Of a stretch of DNA of 20,000 nt, positions 8,356 through 16,582 are shown piece by piece; position 1 is the stretch's first letter, and every line of letters starts with the position of its first letter. Source of the stretch: Limisphaerales bacterium (GTDB lineage Bacteria > Verrucomicrobiota > Verrucomicrobiia > Limisphaerales > SIBE01); contig JBGAIN010000023.1 in the NCBI GenBank assembly GCA_044225505.1, forward strand, positions 51,902 to 71,901. Reading direction: 5' to 3'. A program made the translations under genes and the position numbers. The notes under the pieces are model-generated. The model saw only the letters and a list, made by a program, of their open reading frames with translations. It had not been told where the DNA came from and searched no databases.

Positions 8356-8383
8356 GAGAACGGTCTGTCATCAGACCGTTCTC
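8356..8383. terminator. Perfect 12-bp hairpin between convergent genes, possible bidirectional terminator
   Basis: GAGAACGGTCTG-TCAT-CAGACCGTTCTC. The U-tracts are weak on both strands. Confidence 0.55.
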
Positions 8384-8455
8384 CTGCCGACCGCAATTCC
8401 TTTGAGGGTGAACCTACTGCGGATCCTAAGCCCGCCGCATTGGCCGTTGGGTTTC

Positions 8456-8917
8456 TTATCGCCAGTGACCACGCATATAAACGTAGCCATGTGGACGATG
8501 CACCCAGCGCGGCGCCACCCAAACCGCACGCGGGCGTGGGCGCACTGTCCATGCCCCGCTCACCCAGACCCAGTTGCCATTCCAGCTCCAATACCCTGGG
8601 ACCCAAACATAGCCAGGCCCCGGCATGACAGGCACGATTTCGACTTGCGGCGGCGGGGGTGCTTGCGACACGACAACCTGAGCCGGCGCGGGTGGTGGTG
8701 CCGTCGAGATCGGGGGCTGTCCTGGCCCTGGGTTCACTGTGACCAAAGGCTGCGCCTGAGTGGGCGGCTGGTTGGGATAGACATACACAGGCTGTGGCGC
8801 ATAGACCGGAGCGGGCTGATAACGCGGCACGTAAACGGTTCGCCTCTCGACACACCCTGCCGTGCCCAGCGCCGCCAGACCCAAAAGTGCCATCCACGAA
8901 AGTCTTAGAGTTTTCAT
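8456..8917 (-). CDS. Proline-rich YXWGXW-repeat lipoprotein
   Basis: ATG 8917 gives MKTLRLSWMALLGLAALGTAGC (lipobox-like TAGC), a Pro/Gln-rich linker and the repeats YVWVPGYW, WVWVSGAW, AVWVAPRW, YVYMRGHW. Confidence 0.85.
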   Translation of the reverse strand: MKTLRLSWMALLGLAALGTAGCVERRTVYVPRYQPAPVYAPQPVYVYPNQPPTQAQPLVTVNPGPGQPPISTAPPPAPAQVVVSQAPPPPQVEIVPVMPGPGYVWVPGYWSWNGNWVWVSGAWTVRPRPRAVWVAPRWVHRPHGYVYMRGHWR

Positions 8918-9059
8918 ACTTCGATCGTGCTCTATTGGACGTTTCCTACACGTCCCACCTTCAACCGACGGAAACCGCGTCTGACACGAGGTTAATTCTC
9001 GTCGCGGATGAACCGCTCGCCTATAGTTACCGACAGACACTCTAGGAATCGAAAGACCT

Positions 9060-11258
9060 ATGCCCTTTTCAAAACCATCCCCCGTTTTAGTGAGGCTCAG
9101 CTCCACGTTGCTCAGCGCATTCTTTCTGTTCTCCTTGGCGAACCGCGCAGACGCAGCGGAGAACATCGTCATCGCGGATTTTGAAGGTCCAGACTACGGC
9201 CGTTGGAAGGCGACCGGAGACGCGTTCGGTTTTGGCCCGGCTCGCGGCGCGTTGCCGAATCAGATGCAAGTGGACGGCTTCTACGGCAGCGGATTCGTCA
9301 ATTCCTACCACAAGGGAGACGATGCGACCGGGACTTTGACGTCCGCTCCCTTTCGTCTCGAGCGTCGTTACCTTCGATTCCTCATCGGAGGTGGCGGGTT
9401 CGAAGGAAAGACCTGCATGAATCTGCTCTTGGACGGCAAGGTGGTGCGGACGGCGACGGGTCCAAACAAACAGCCGGGGGGAAGCGAACACTTGGATTGG
9501 GCTCAATGGGAGGTGGGCGAGTTTTCCGGACAATCCGCCGTCATTGAGATTGTGGACAACGCGAAAGGGAGCTGGGGTCACGTCAACGTGGATCAAATCG
9601 TCCAGACCGATCAACCGCTCCCTGCCTGGATCTCGAACGTGACGCGCGAGTTGAATGTCACTACACGTTACTTGAATTTACCGGTCAAGAACGGCGCGCC
9701 CAAGCGGCTGCTGACGCTACGATCCAAAGCGGACGGCAAACTATTGCGCCAATTCGATATCGAACTGGCTGACCAGGCACCGGACTGGTGGGCAGTGGTC
9801 GATGTGCAAGCATTTCGCGATCAATCAATCCTTATCCAGGTCGACAAATTGCGCGAGGACTCTTCAGCGCTCCAGCAGATCGAAGCCTCGAACGAGATTC
9901 GAAGCGGCCAAGCGCTCTATCAAGAGGCGTTGCGACCCCAGTTCCACTTCACGTCACAGCGGGGCTGGAACAATGATCCTAACGGCCTGGTGTTTTACAA
10001 AGGGGAATATCATCTGTTCTACCAACACAATCCCTACGGATGGAACTGGGGCAATATGCACTGGGGCCACGCGGTCAGCCCGGATCTCGTTCATTGGCGA
10101 GAGTTAGGCGACGCGCTCTACCCAGACGCCCTCGGCACCATGTTTTCAGGGTCTGCGGTGGTGGACTGGCCCAACTCGGCCGGCTTCGCCCGGGAGAACG
10201 ACGAGGCCATCGTTTGTTTCTACACCGCCGCGGGCGGAACAAGCCCGCAAAGCCAAGGCGCACGATTTACCCAATGCCTCGCTTACAGCGTCGATCGCGG
10301 ACGCACTTGGACAAAATACGCCCAGAACCCCGTTGTGCCGCACCTGCAGGCCGAGAACCGGGATCCCAAAGTGCTTTGGTATGCCCCAGAGAAAAAGTGG
10401 GTCATGGCGCTCTACCTCGACGGTAACGACTTTGCATTATTCTCCTCAACCAACCTGAAATCCTGGGAACGCCTCAGCACCGTCAAAGTGCCCGGCACGA
10501 GCGAATGCCCCGAGTTCTTCGAGATCGCGGTGGACCAAAATCCCCAACAGCACCGCTGGGTTTTCTACGGAGGAAACGGACGCTACTTAATCGGGAGATT
10601 TGATGGTAAAACCTTCACTCCCGAATCCGGTCCTCATGACCTCAACTACGGGAACTGTTTCTACGCCTCTCAAACTTACAGCGACCTGCCCGCCAGCGAC
10701 GGACGCCGCATTCTTGTGCCCTGGGGCCAAGTGAGCCTCCCTGGAATGCCGTTCAATCAAATGATCGGGTTGCCTGTGGAATTGACCTTGCGCACCACAG
10801 AGCAAGGCTTGCGCTTGCACGCCGTCCCAGTGAAAGAACTGGCGTCCTTACGCAAACGCTCCCAATCTTTCGACGCCCAACCGCTCGTCCCGGGCCAGAA
10901 CCCGCTGAGCAGCTTTCGCGCGCCCCTTCTCGATCTGGAGGCCACGGTCGCCCTCGGCGATGCCCAAGAGGTCGGATTCAACCTGCACGGAATCGCGATC
11001 CATTACGATGTTGCCAAGCAAGAACTGGCTTGCGCCCAGAAAAAGGCATTACTCAAGCCGGACGGGGGAAAGATCCAATTGCGGCTCCTGGTCGATCGCG
11101 CCTCGATTGACATCTTCGGCAACGACGGTCGGCTTTATATGCCCATGGGGATGGTCGTGCCGCAAGAAAATCCAAACCTCGAAATCTACGCGCGAGGTGG
11201 CACGGCTCAGATCCGGTCGTTGACCCTGCACGAACTGGGCTCGGCCTGGTCCGAGTAG
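9060..11258 (+). CDS. Secreted glycoside hydrolase family 32 (levanase/beta-fructosidase) with N-terminal accessory beta-domains
   Basis: Signal peptide ending ADA. GH32 motifs WNNDPNG, HWGHAVS, FSGS, RDPKV and ECPE, plus a C-terminal beta-sandwich 'LLVDRASIDIF'. Confidence 0.95.
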   Translation: MPFSKPSPVLVRLSSTLLSAFFLFSLANRADAAENIVIADFEGPDYGRWKATGDAFGFGPARGALPNQMQVDGFYGSGFVNSYHKGDDATGTLTSAPFRLERRYLRFLIGGGGFEGKTCMNLLLDGKVVRTATGPNKQPGGSEHLDWAQWEVGEFSGQSAVIEIVDNAKGSWGHVNVDQIVQTDQPLPAWISNVTRELNVTTRYLNLPVKNGAPKRLLTLRSKADGKLLRQFDIELADQAPDWWAVVDVQAFRDQSILIQVDKLREDSSALQQIEASNEIRSGQALYQEALRPQFHFTSQRGWNNDPNGLVFYKGEYHLFYQHNPYGWNWGNMHWGHAVSPDLVHWRELGDALYPDALGTMFSGSAVVDWPNSAGFARENDEAIVCFYTAAGGTSPQSQGARFTQCLAYSVDRGRTWTKYAQNPVVPHLQAENRDPKVLWYAPEKKWVMALYLDGNDFALFSSTNLKSWERLSTVKVPGTSECPEFFEIAVDQNPQQHRWVFYGGNGRYLIGRFDGKTFTPESGPHDLNYGNCFYASQTYSDLPASDGRRILVPWGQVSLPGMPFNQMIGLPVELTLRTTEQGLRLHAVPVKELASLRKRSQSFDAQPLVPGQNPLSSFRAPLLDLEATVALGDAQEVGFNLHGIAIHYDVAKQELACAQKKALLKPDGGKIQLRLLVDRASIDIFGNDGRLYMPMGMVVPQENPNLEIYARGGTAQIRSLTLHELGSAWSE

Positions 11259-11288
11259 TCGAGAGGGCCGCCCCGATTCAACAGAGGA

Positions 11289-11927
11289 TTATCCTCTCGT
11301 CGCAAACGTTTTCCGGAACGCTTCGTGGTTGCGAATTAATCGCAACCCGGACGTGAGGAGCGTCTTGCCCGGTTCCATCCTGTGCCAGGGCGACGCCCCC
11401 GAGGGGTGCGGAAGTGGGACGACGTCGAGCATTTGGCCTCGATAGCTCACCGTGAACAACTTTCCAACAATCGCGTCCAATCGCGCCGCGGAAAGAAATC
11501 GTTCTACAGCCAGTCGCCCCACCGTGATGACCAGCGACGGCTGGAGCATTTGGATCTCCTCATCGAGCCACGGAGCGCAATTCTGTATTTCCTCCGGCGT
11601 GGGGACGCGGTCGCCCCCAGTGGGCTTCTTGCCCGGGAAACAACGACAGACCGCGGCCATGTAGATAGAAGCGCGGAATTGCGCTTCCGTAACGCCACAG
11701 GACTGTTCAAACCACTGAAAAAGGGTTTTCCCCGCCGTCCAGGCGAAGGGCCGGCCTAAGACCGGTTCTTTGTCCCCGGGCGCTTGGCCAACCAGGATGA
11801 TTTTGCTGACCACAGGGCCTCCTGAGACCACGGGAGGCTGCATGTAGGGACAACGACGACAAGAGCGCAACGCGGCGACGTGCGCATTTAACCGGGTCTG
11901 GATGGGTTGTCGCTTGGGCTGAGCCAC
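11289..11927 (-). CDS. Uracil-DNA glycosylase superfamily protein (GQAPG type, Cys-rich)
   Basis: Motifs LVGQAPG, CRCFPG, DRVP and LPHPSGAS, plus N-terminal CRRC. The start is uncertain: GTG 11927 (GGGAG upstream) is preferred, and the ORF extends to ATG 12050. Confidence 0.88.
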   Translation of the reverse strand: MAQPKRQPIQTRLNAHVAALRSCRRCPYMQPPVVSGGPVVSKIILVGQAPGDKEPVLGRPFAWTAGKTLFQWFEQSCGVTEAQFRASIYMAAVCRCFPGKKPTGGDRVPTPEEIQNCAPWLDEEIQMLQPSLVITVGRLAVERFLSAARLDAIVGKLFTVSYRGQMLDVVPLPHPSGASPWHRMEPGKTLLTSGLRLIRNHEAFRKTFATRG

Positions 11928-12057
11928 GAGAGAGTAAACTCCCTTCTGTGCAGCGCGCCAAGCGGCAATTGTCTGGAGAGTCCCGGTGAAGGCGAACAAT
12001 GCAGCACCCGTCTTTTTCCCATCACGAAACCACGCTGACCCGCTCTCCATTCGCTGA

Positions 12058-12146
12058 TAACAGGGAAGTCACAGGGAGTTTATACGGCATTAACACGGAT
12101 GTATTCCCTGTTAAATCCCTGTATAACCCGTGTTTAATCCGTGTTA
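12058..12146. repeat. Symmetric array of eight heptamers (ACA[G/C]GGA) with 11-bp periodicity, four direct and four inverted
   Basis: ACAGGGA 12060, ACAGGGA 12071, ATACGGC 12082, ACACGGA 12093, then TCCCTGT 12105, TCCCTGT 12116, CCCGTGT 12127, TCCGTGT 12138. The 4-nt spacers are mostly A/T. Confidence 0.9.
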
Positions 12147-12256
12147 TATATGGCACAAGACCGTATCGTCAACGCCCCTTGCGCCTAAGCAAAGTGAACT
12201 GAAGCGGACCTTCTTTCGCTTACGGATTCTCCCAGAACATTGCCGAAATCCGGGCT

Positions 12257-13615
12257 TTGAGGCTTACTTCATGGATGCCAGCGTTGCGTCGACTTCACTG
12301 GGTGCGTCGCGTGTTTGTCGTGTTCACCGTCGCACTCGCCTTCCTGTGGTGGGACACGGAATCGGTCGCGCAGAGACCGATGGTGATTCCCCCAGCCCGG
12401 GTGACGCGAGGCGCGTATCTGCAGTCCGGGACTTCCAACTCGGTGGTGATTCGCTGGCGCACCTCCCGACCAACCGAAAGCGTCGTGCGTTACGGCACGG
12501 GACAGGGTCAACTGGATCATCGCGCCGGGACGACGCGGCGCGTCCGGGAACACGTGGTGCCACTGACCGACCTAAGTCCGAATACTCGTTACTATTACGC
12601 CCTGGTCACAAACGCGAAGATTCTTCAAGGGGGAGCCGCGAACTACTTCGACACTTCGCCGACCGCGGAATCAAATCGTGCTTTGGAGGTATGGGCTTTG
12701 GGAGACCCAGGCACAGGATATCCCGTCCAGAAGGCGGTTCGAGATGCCTATCTGCGGCACGCAGGTGAAGAACGGCCAAATATCGTGCTCACGCTCGGCG
12801 ACAACGCTTACCGTCGTGGCACGGATTGGCAGTATCAAAAGTCGTTCTTCGACATTTACCGCGAGGTTTTCAAACACGCCGTGGTTTGGCCGGCGCTTGG
12901 AAATCACGACAGCCGGAGCGCACGCTCCGCCACCGAATCCGGTGTTTATTTCAATAGCTTCACCTTGCCCAGGCAAGGAGAGTCTGGCGGAGCTCCCTCC
13001 GGGACCGAAGCGTACTACTCGTTTGATCACGGCAATACTCACTTCATCTGTTTGGATTCCGAGGATAGCGACCTCTCTCCGGCAGGCCCGATGGCGACGT
13101 GGCTCCGGCGGGACCTGCAAGCTTCCAAGCACTCCTGGACCATCGCGTTTTGGCATCACCCGCCTTACAGCAAAGGCTCGCACGACTCCGATATTGGGAA
13201 AGACAACGATCAACGCATGATTGCCATGCGAGAGAATATGCTGCCCATTCTCGAAGGCGCCGGGGTCGACCTCGTCCTATGCGGACACAGCCATCTTTAC
13301 GAGCGCTCGTATCCAGTGCGAGGGCACTATGGTCCATCCACCACCTTTAGACGGGAGATGCTGGCGGAGACAGGCCATGATCGCTACGTCTTTCGGGAGG
13401 GCCAACCGCACGGGACGATTTACATCAACGCGGGGAGCGCGGGGCATGCCACCAAACCAAGCAAGTTGCGGGGCTTAAACCACCCCGTCATGGCGGTCTC
13501 GCAGAACCTTCCAGGCTCGTTGATCCTGCGCATCAAAGGGGCCCAAATGGAGGTGGAGTTCCTTGATGATAGAGGCACGGTACGGGACGCTTTCAAGGTC
13601 CTGGAGACACCGTAA
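12257..13615 (+). CDS. Purple acid phosphatase-like metallophosphoesterase with N-terminal FN3-like domain
   Basis: Motifs GDPG, GDNAY, GNHD, HHPPY and GHSH. N-terminal hydrophobic segment, then 'RGAYLQ...VIRWRT...LTDLSPNTRYYY'. The start is TTG 12257 or ATG 12275. Confidence 0.92.
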   Translation: MRLTSWMPALRRLHWVRRVFVVFTVALAFLWWDTESVAQRPMVIPPARVTRGAYLQSGTSNSVVIRWRTSRPTESVVRYGTGQGQLDHRAGTTRRVREHVVPLTDLSPNTRYYYALVTNAKILQGGAANYFDTSPTAESNRALEVWALGDPGTGYPVQKAVRDAYLRHAGEERPNIVLTLGDNAYRRGTDWQYQKSFFDIYREVFKHAVVWPALGNHDSRSARSATESGVYFNSFTLPRQGESGGAPSGTEAYYSFDHGNTHFICLDSEDSDLSPAGPMATWLRRDLQASKHSWTIAFWHHPPYSKGSHDSDIGKDNDQRMIAMRENMLPILEGAGVDLVLCGHSHLYERSYPVRGHYGPSTTFRREMLAETGHDRYVFREGQPHGTIYINAGSAGHATKPSKLRGLNHPVMAVSQNLPGSLILRIKGAQMEVEFLDDRGTVRDAFKVLETP

Positions 13616-13627
13616 GGCCTGCAAGAA

Positions 13628-14500
13628 TCACTTCGCCAGAGCCACGATGTAGCGTTGCAAACGGGCGGTTTCATCCGCCAATTCCAGCTGAGCGTAAATC
13701 TGGTGCAGGTTTGAGCACACCCGCAGCAAAACGCGACGCGGACTCACCGGAGAAAGGTAGCCTTCCTGGAAGCCGTGGCTGGTGTGGAGAAGATACTTGA
13801 TGCAGTCCGCTTTGCTGAGCAACTTGCCACGATTGAACGCGTCGATGAAAACCTCGCCCGTTGAAGACTGGAAACGAATCAGGAAATGGCCAGGCATACC
13901 GATGCCAACGATGGGCAACCGGAGCCGCCGGGCAATAAACAAATAAATGAGGCAAAGGCTGATGGGATTGCCCGTCCGCCGATCGACCACCCGATTTAAA
14001 TAACTGTTATCGGGATCGTAATAGTTGGATTCGTTCCCTAGAAACCCAAGGTCAGCAAATAAATACTGGTTGATCGTGGCCAGAATGCTCTCGGGCGTTG
14101 CGCCAAAGTCGATGCGCTCTCGAAGATCCCCGGCGTAGCTGTCGAACAACGCTTGATACGCAGCCACGTTGATATCGGGGTATTGCGTCTGGGAAAGGAG
14201 CCAAGCGCCCTCCTCAATATCGAGTTCTTCGCCCTGATTCAGGCAGAACGCGAGAAAGCGATTGTCGGCATCTTGCTTGGATAAATATTGGACGAGCTCG
14301 AACGCTCGGCGCCGCAACACAGGATCGCTGCTGAGAGTGTGCGGACGAAGCCAATCCCCAGCGGACTGGCCGTACGACAGAATCTTGCCTCGAATCGTAT
14401 GATAAACGGCGATGTCCTCGTCCGTGAGCAGTTTGAGCAACGCGGCCTTTTGATTTTCAGTCAGCGCCTCGCTCGTTTCGGTTGAGCTTGAGGAGGTCAT
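13628..14500 (-). CDS. SirB1-like transglutaminase-like domain protein (Transglut_core2)
   Basis: 'LGFLGNESNYYDPDNSYLNRVVDRRTGNPISLCLIY...GIGMPGHFLIRF...FIDAFNRG' is the SirB1/YchA family signature. Confidence 0.9.
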   Translation of the reverse strand: MTSSSSTETSEALTENQKAALLKLLTDEDIAVYHTIRGKILSYGQSAGDWLRPHTLSSDPVLRRRAFELVQYLSKQDADNRFLAFCLNQGEELDIEEGAWLLSQTQYPDINVAAYQALFDSYAGDLRERIDFGATPESILATINQYLFADLGFLGNESNYYDPDNSYLNRVVDRRTGNPISLCLIYLFIARRLRLPIVGIGMPGHFLIRFQSSTGEVFIDAFNRGKLLSKADCIKYLLHTSHGFQEGYLSPVSPRRVLLRVCSNLHQIYAQLELADETARLQRYIVALAK

Positions 14501-14517
14501 GCAAATGGCTTTTCGGG

Positions 14518-14547
14518 ACTATACGCCTGAAGACGCCAAATCTTCAA
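14518..14547 (-). promoter_or_regulatory. Candidate sigma70 promoter of the SirB1-like gene
   Basis: TTGAAG (14547-14542), 18-nt spacer, TATAGT (14523-14518), 17 nt upstream of ATG 14500. Confidence 0.45.
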
Positions 14548-14641
14548 GCCGAATGCGCACCACCAGCGAGAAGTTGACTCCGGGCGATTGAATGAACTAT
14601 CACACTGGAAATTGGCGCGAGAATAGCTTATAGATCTCGCT

Positions 14642-15859
14642 GTGAGATTGATCCCGTATGCTATTCGTACTCTGCGGTTTTGCGGGTTTATCAGTTTGGG
14701 CTTGTCCCTCAATAGTCTCCCCACTTTGGGAGGTGTGAACGTCGTCCTGACGGGCGTTCCGGATTACGAATGGGACGCCGGCTGCTTTGGCACGGCGTCG
14801 GGAAACCTGATGGGATACTGGGATCGGCATGGCTTCCCCAATTTCTATACTGGACCTACTGCCGGGGGCGTCGCGCCTTTAACCAGCGGAGGTGCCAATG
14901 TCGGGATTCGCTCATTGTGGGCCTCACGGGCTGGCCTGGATGGCCGATCCAGCACGAACTACGGACATATGGACGACTACTGGGTCGTCTACGAAAGTCC
15001 GGACCAGGATCCTTACGTGACGGCCGGACGACCGGAGCATACGCCGGATTGCATCGGTGACTTCATCGGCTTGAGCCAGAAGAAATGGTCGGATTTGAAC
15101 GGCGAATGCGACGGCAACATTGACGCTTTCTCTTTTGTCTTTTGGGACGAGAATGGCGATCGACGCAGCAACTTCATGATGGACCATCCAGCCGGCAGCG
15201 CCATCCCGGATATTGCTTCTGGACTCAAGGCCTGGACAAAGTTCCGCGGCTACGACGCGGAAACTTTCTCTCAATTAGCTGACTTCAACCCCAAGGTCCC
15301 CACCGGACACGGGTTCACCTTCGAAGATTTAAAAGCAGAAATTGACGCGGGGTATCCCGTGCTGCTCTTCCTGCAAAAGTACGACGAATTCTCCCGGACG
15401 TTCGATGGAATGCCCCGCGCGAACCCGCACATGCACGGAATGCTAGCTTACGGCTACTATATTTCAGACTCAGGCGATCAGCGCGTGCGTTACCGCACAA
15501 GTTGGGGAAGCGGCGACAATGTCTTATCGCTCTGGAACTCCGCGCCCTGGCAAGCAGAACTGCCCGTGCGCGGCGTGATCGGTTATCACCCCAGACCTCA
15601 AATCACCCAGATCACTCCGGCGGGAAACTCCTTGGTGGTGGAATGGCAAGGCCCGTCCGGCAGCTTGTCAAACGTGACGACCCGCGTGAGCACACCGCTG
15701 CACCGATATGTTCTGGAAAAAGCCACACAACTAAATCCGCCCAATTTCCAACCGGTCGGCGAACCGACCGGGGATACGCGCGCGGTTGTCGCGGACTGTT
15801 GCGGCACGAATTCCGTATTCTTCCGACTCGAGTTGCTACCGGCTCCAACGCTAGAATAG
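14642..15859 (+). CDS. Secreted hypothetical protein, putative papain-fold (C10/C39-like) cysteine peptidase with a small C-terminal beta-domain
   Basis: Signal-like N-terminus. 'AGCFGTASGNLMGYW', 'LKAEIDAGYPVLL', 'HGMLAYGY' and 'RYRTSWG' occur in the order expected for clan CA peptidases. Confidence 0.65.
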   Translation: MRLIPYAIRTLRFCGFISLGLSLNSLPTLGGVNVVLTGVPDYEWDAGCFGTASGNLMGYWDRHGFPNFYTGPTAGGVAPLTSGGANVGIRSLWASRAGLDGRSSTNYGHMDDYWVVYESPDQDPYVTAGRPEHTPDCIGDFIGLSQKKWSDLNGECDGNIDAFSFVFWDENGDRRSNFMMDHPAGSAIPDIASGLKAWTKFRGYDAETFSQLADFNPKVPTGHGFTFEDLKAEIDAGYPVLLFLQKYDEFSRTFDGMPRANPHMHGMLAYGYYISDSGDQRVRYRTSWGSGDNVLSLWNSAPWQAELPVRGVIGYHPRPQITQITPAGNSLVVEWQGPSGSLSNVTTRVSTPLHRYVLEKATQLNPPNFQPVGEPTGDTRAVVADCCGTNSVFFRLELLPAPTLE

Positions 15860-16582
15860 TTGCGGAAAAGCCCGCATCAATTCGTCGACATTCTCTTTCG
15901 TGACGAGAAGGAAGCGACGTTCAAATTCCGCGCGGTATTCGCGTTCAATCGCCGTCGGGTTGCCGCTGACTCCAGGGCGGTTCAACACAGCGGCAGCCAG
16001 CTTCCCGGAATTGAACGCCTCCCGAATCACGGGCGAAGACCCCATCAGGCGCCAATCAGGAAATAGCAGCGCGAGGGCCGGAGACTTCGGATCCTGCCAG
16101 ACCTTGCTCTCCCGGACCCGCGGCGGCACACCGATCAAGCTGATCAAGAAATCAAACCCGCCATTCGTTTGCACGACACGGTCGAAAGCATCTTCGACAA
16201 TGAGATAACTCAACGGCGTGGTGGTCTTCGGATCGATCGCTACAGATTCCGGGTGCTGGAGGAACTCCGGCTTTAAGGCTGGATGAACGACCCGGAGAGA
16301 TTCCATCGTTCCAAATCCATGCTCAAGCCCGGCGATACTCGCTCGTTCGAAGGCGTAAATCTCGGCGGATTGGCCGCTGCGTTCCACGAAAGGATTCCCG
16401 ATTACCAAGGCCTTGGCGCCGGGGCGATGACGCACCAACTGTTCAGCCAAAACGCGCGTCGCGATTTCCCGAGAGGAGAGCGCCGGACTCCATCCCGCCG
16501 GGTGATGCCAGGAGTACCACCACCACAGGGCGCCCGCCCCAAGAAGCGCGACCACGACCAAGAAGGACGTTCGGCGGCTCAC
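15851..16582 (-). CDS. Membrane-anchored hypothetical protein resembling one lobe of a type I periplasmic binding protein
   Basis: N-terminal TM helix ([17 protein letters not shown]). The GTG start overlaps the upstream TGA (GTGA). C-terminal '[11 protein letters not shown]...LLVTKENVD'. Confidence 0.75.
   Translation of the reverse strand: MSRRTSFLVVVALLGAGALWWWYSWHHPAGWSPALSSREIATRVLAEQLVRHRPGAKALVIGNPFVERSGQSAEIYAFERASIAGLEHGFGTMESLRVVHPALKPEFLQHPESVAIDPKTTTPLSYLIVEDAFDRVVQTNGGFDFLISLIGVPPRVRESKVWQDPKSPALALLFPDWRLMGSSPVIREAFNSGKLAAAVLNRPGVSGNPTAIEREYRAEFERRFLLVTKENVDELMRAFPQLF

Noticed and set aside
7815..8897. 360-aa minus-strand ORF
   Set aside because: It overlaps the YXWGXW gene out of frame and the isomerase antisense, and its composition is not protein-family-like.
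12058..12146. CRISPR array interpretation of the repeat
   Set aside because: The units are 7 bp with 4-nt spacers, far too short, and there are no cas genes.
12151..12166. TGGCAC next to the array as a sigma54 promoter
   Set aside because: The -24 element is present but there is no GC at the -12 position (it reads TA).
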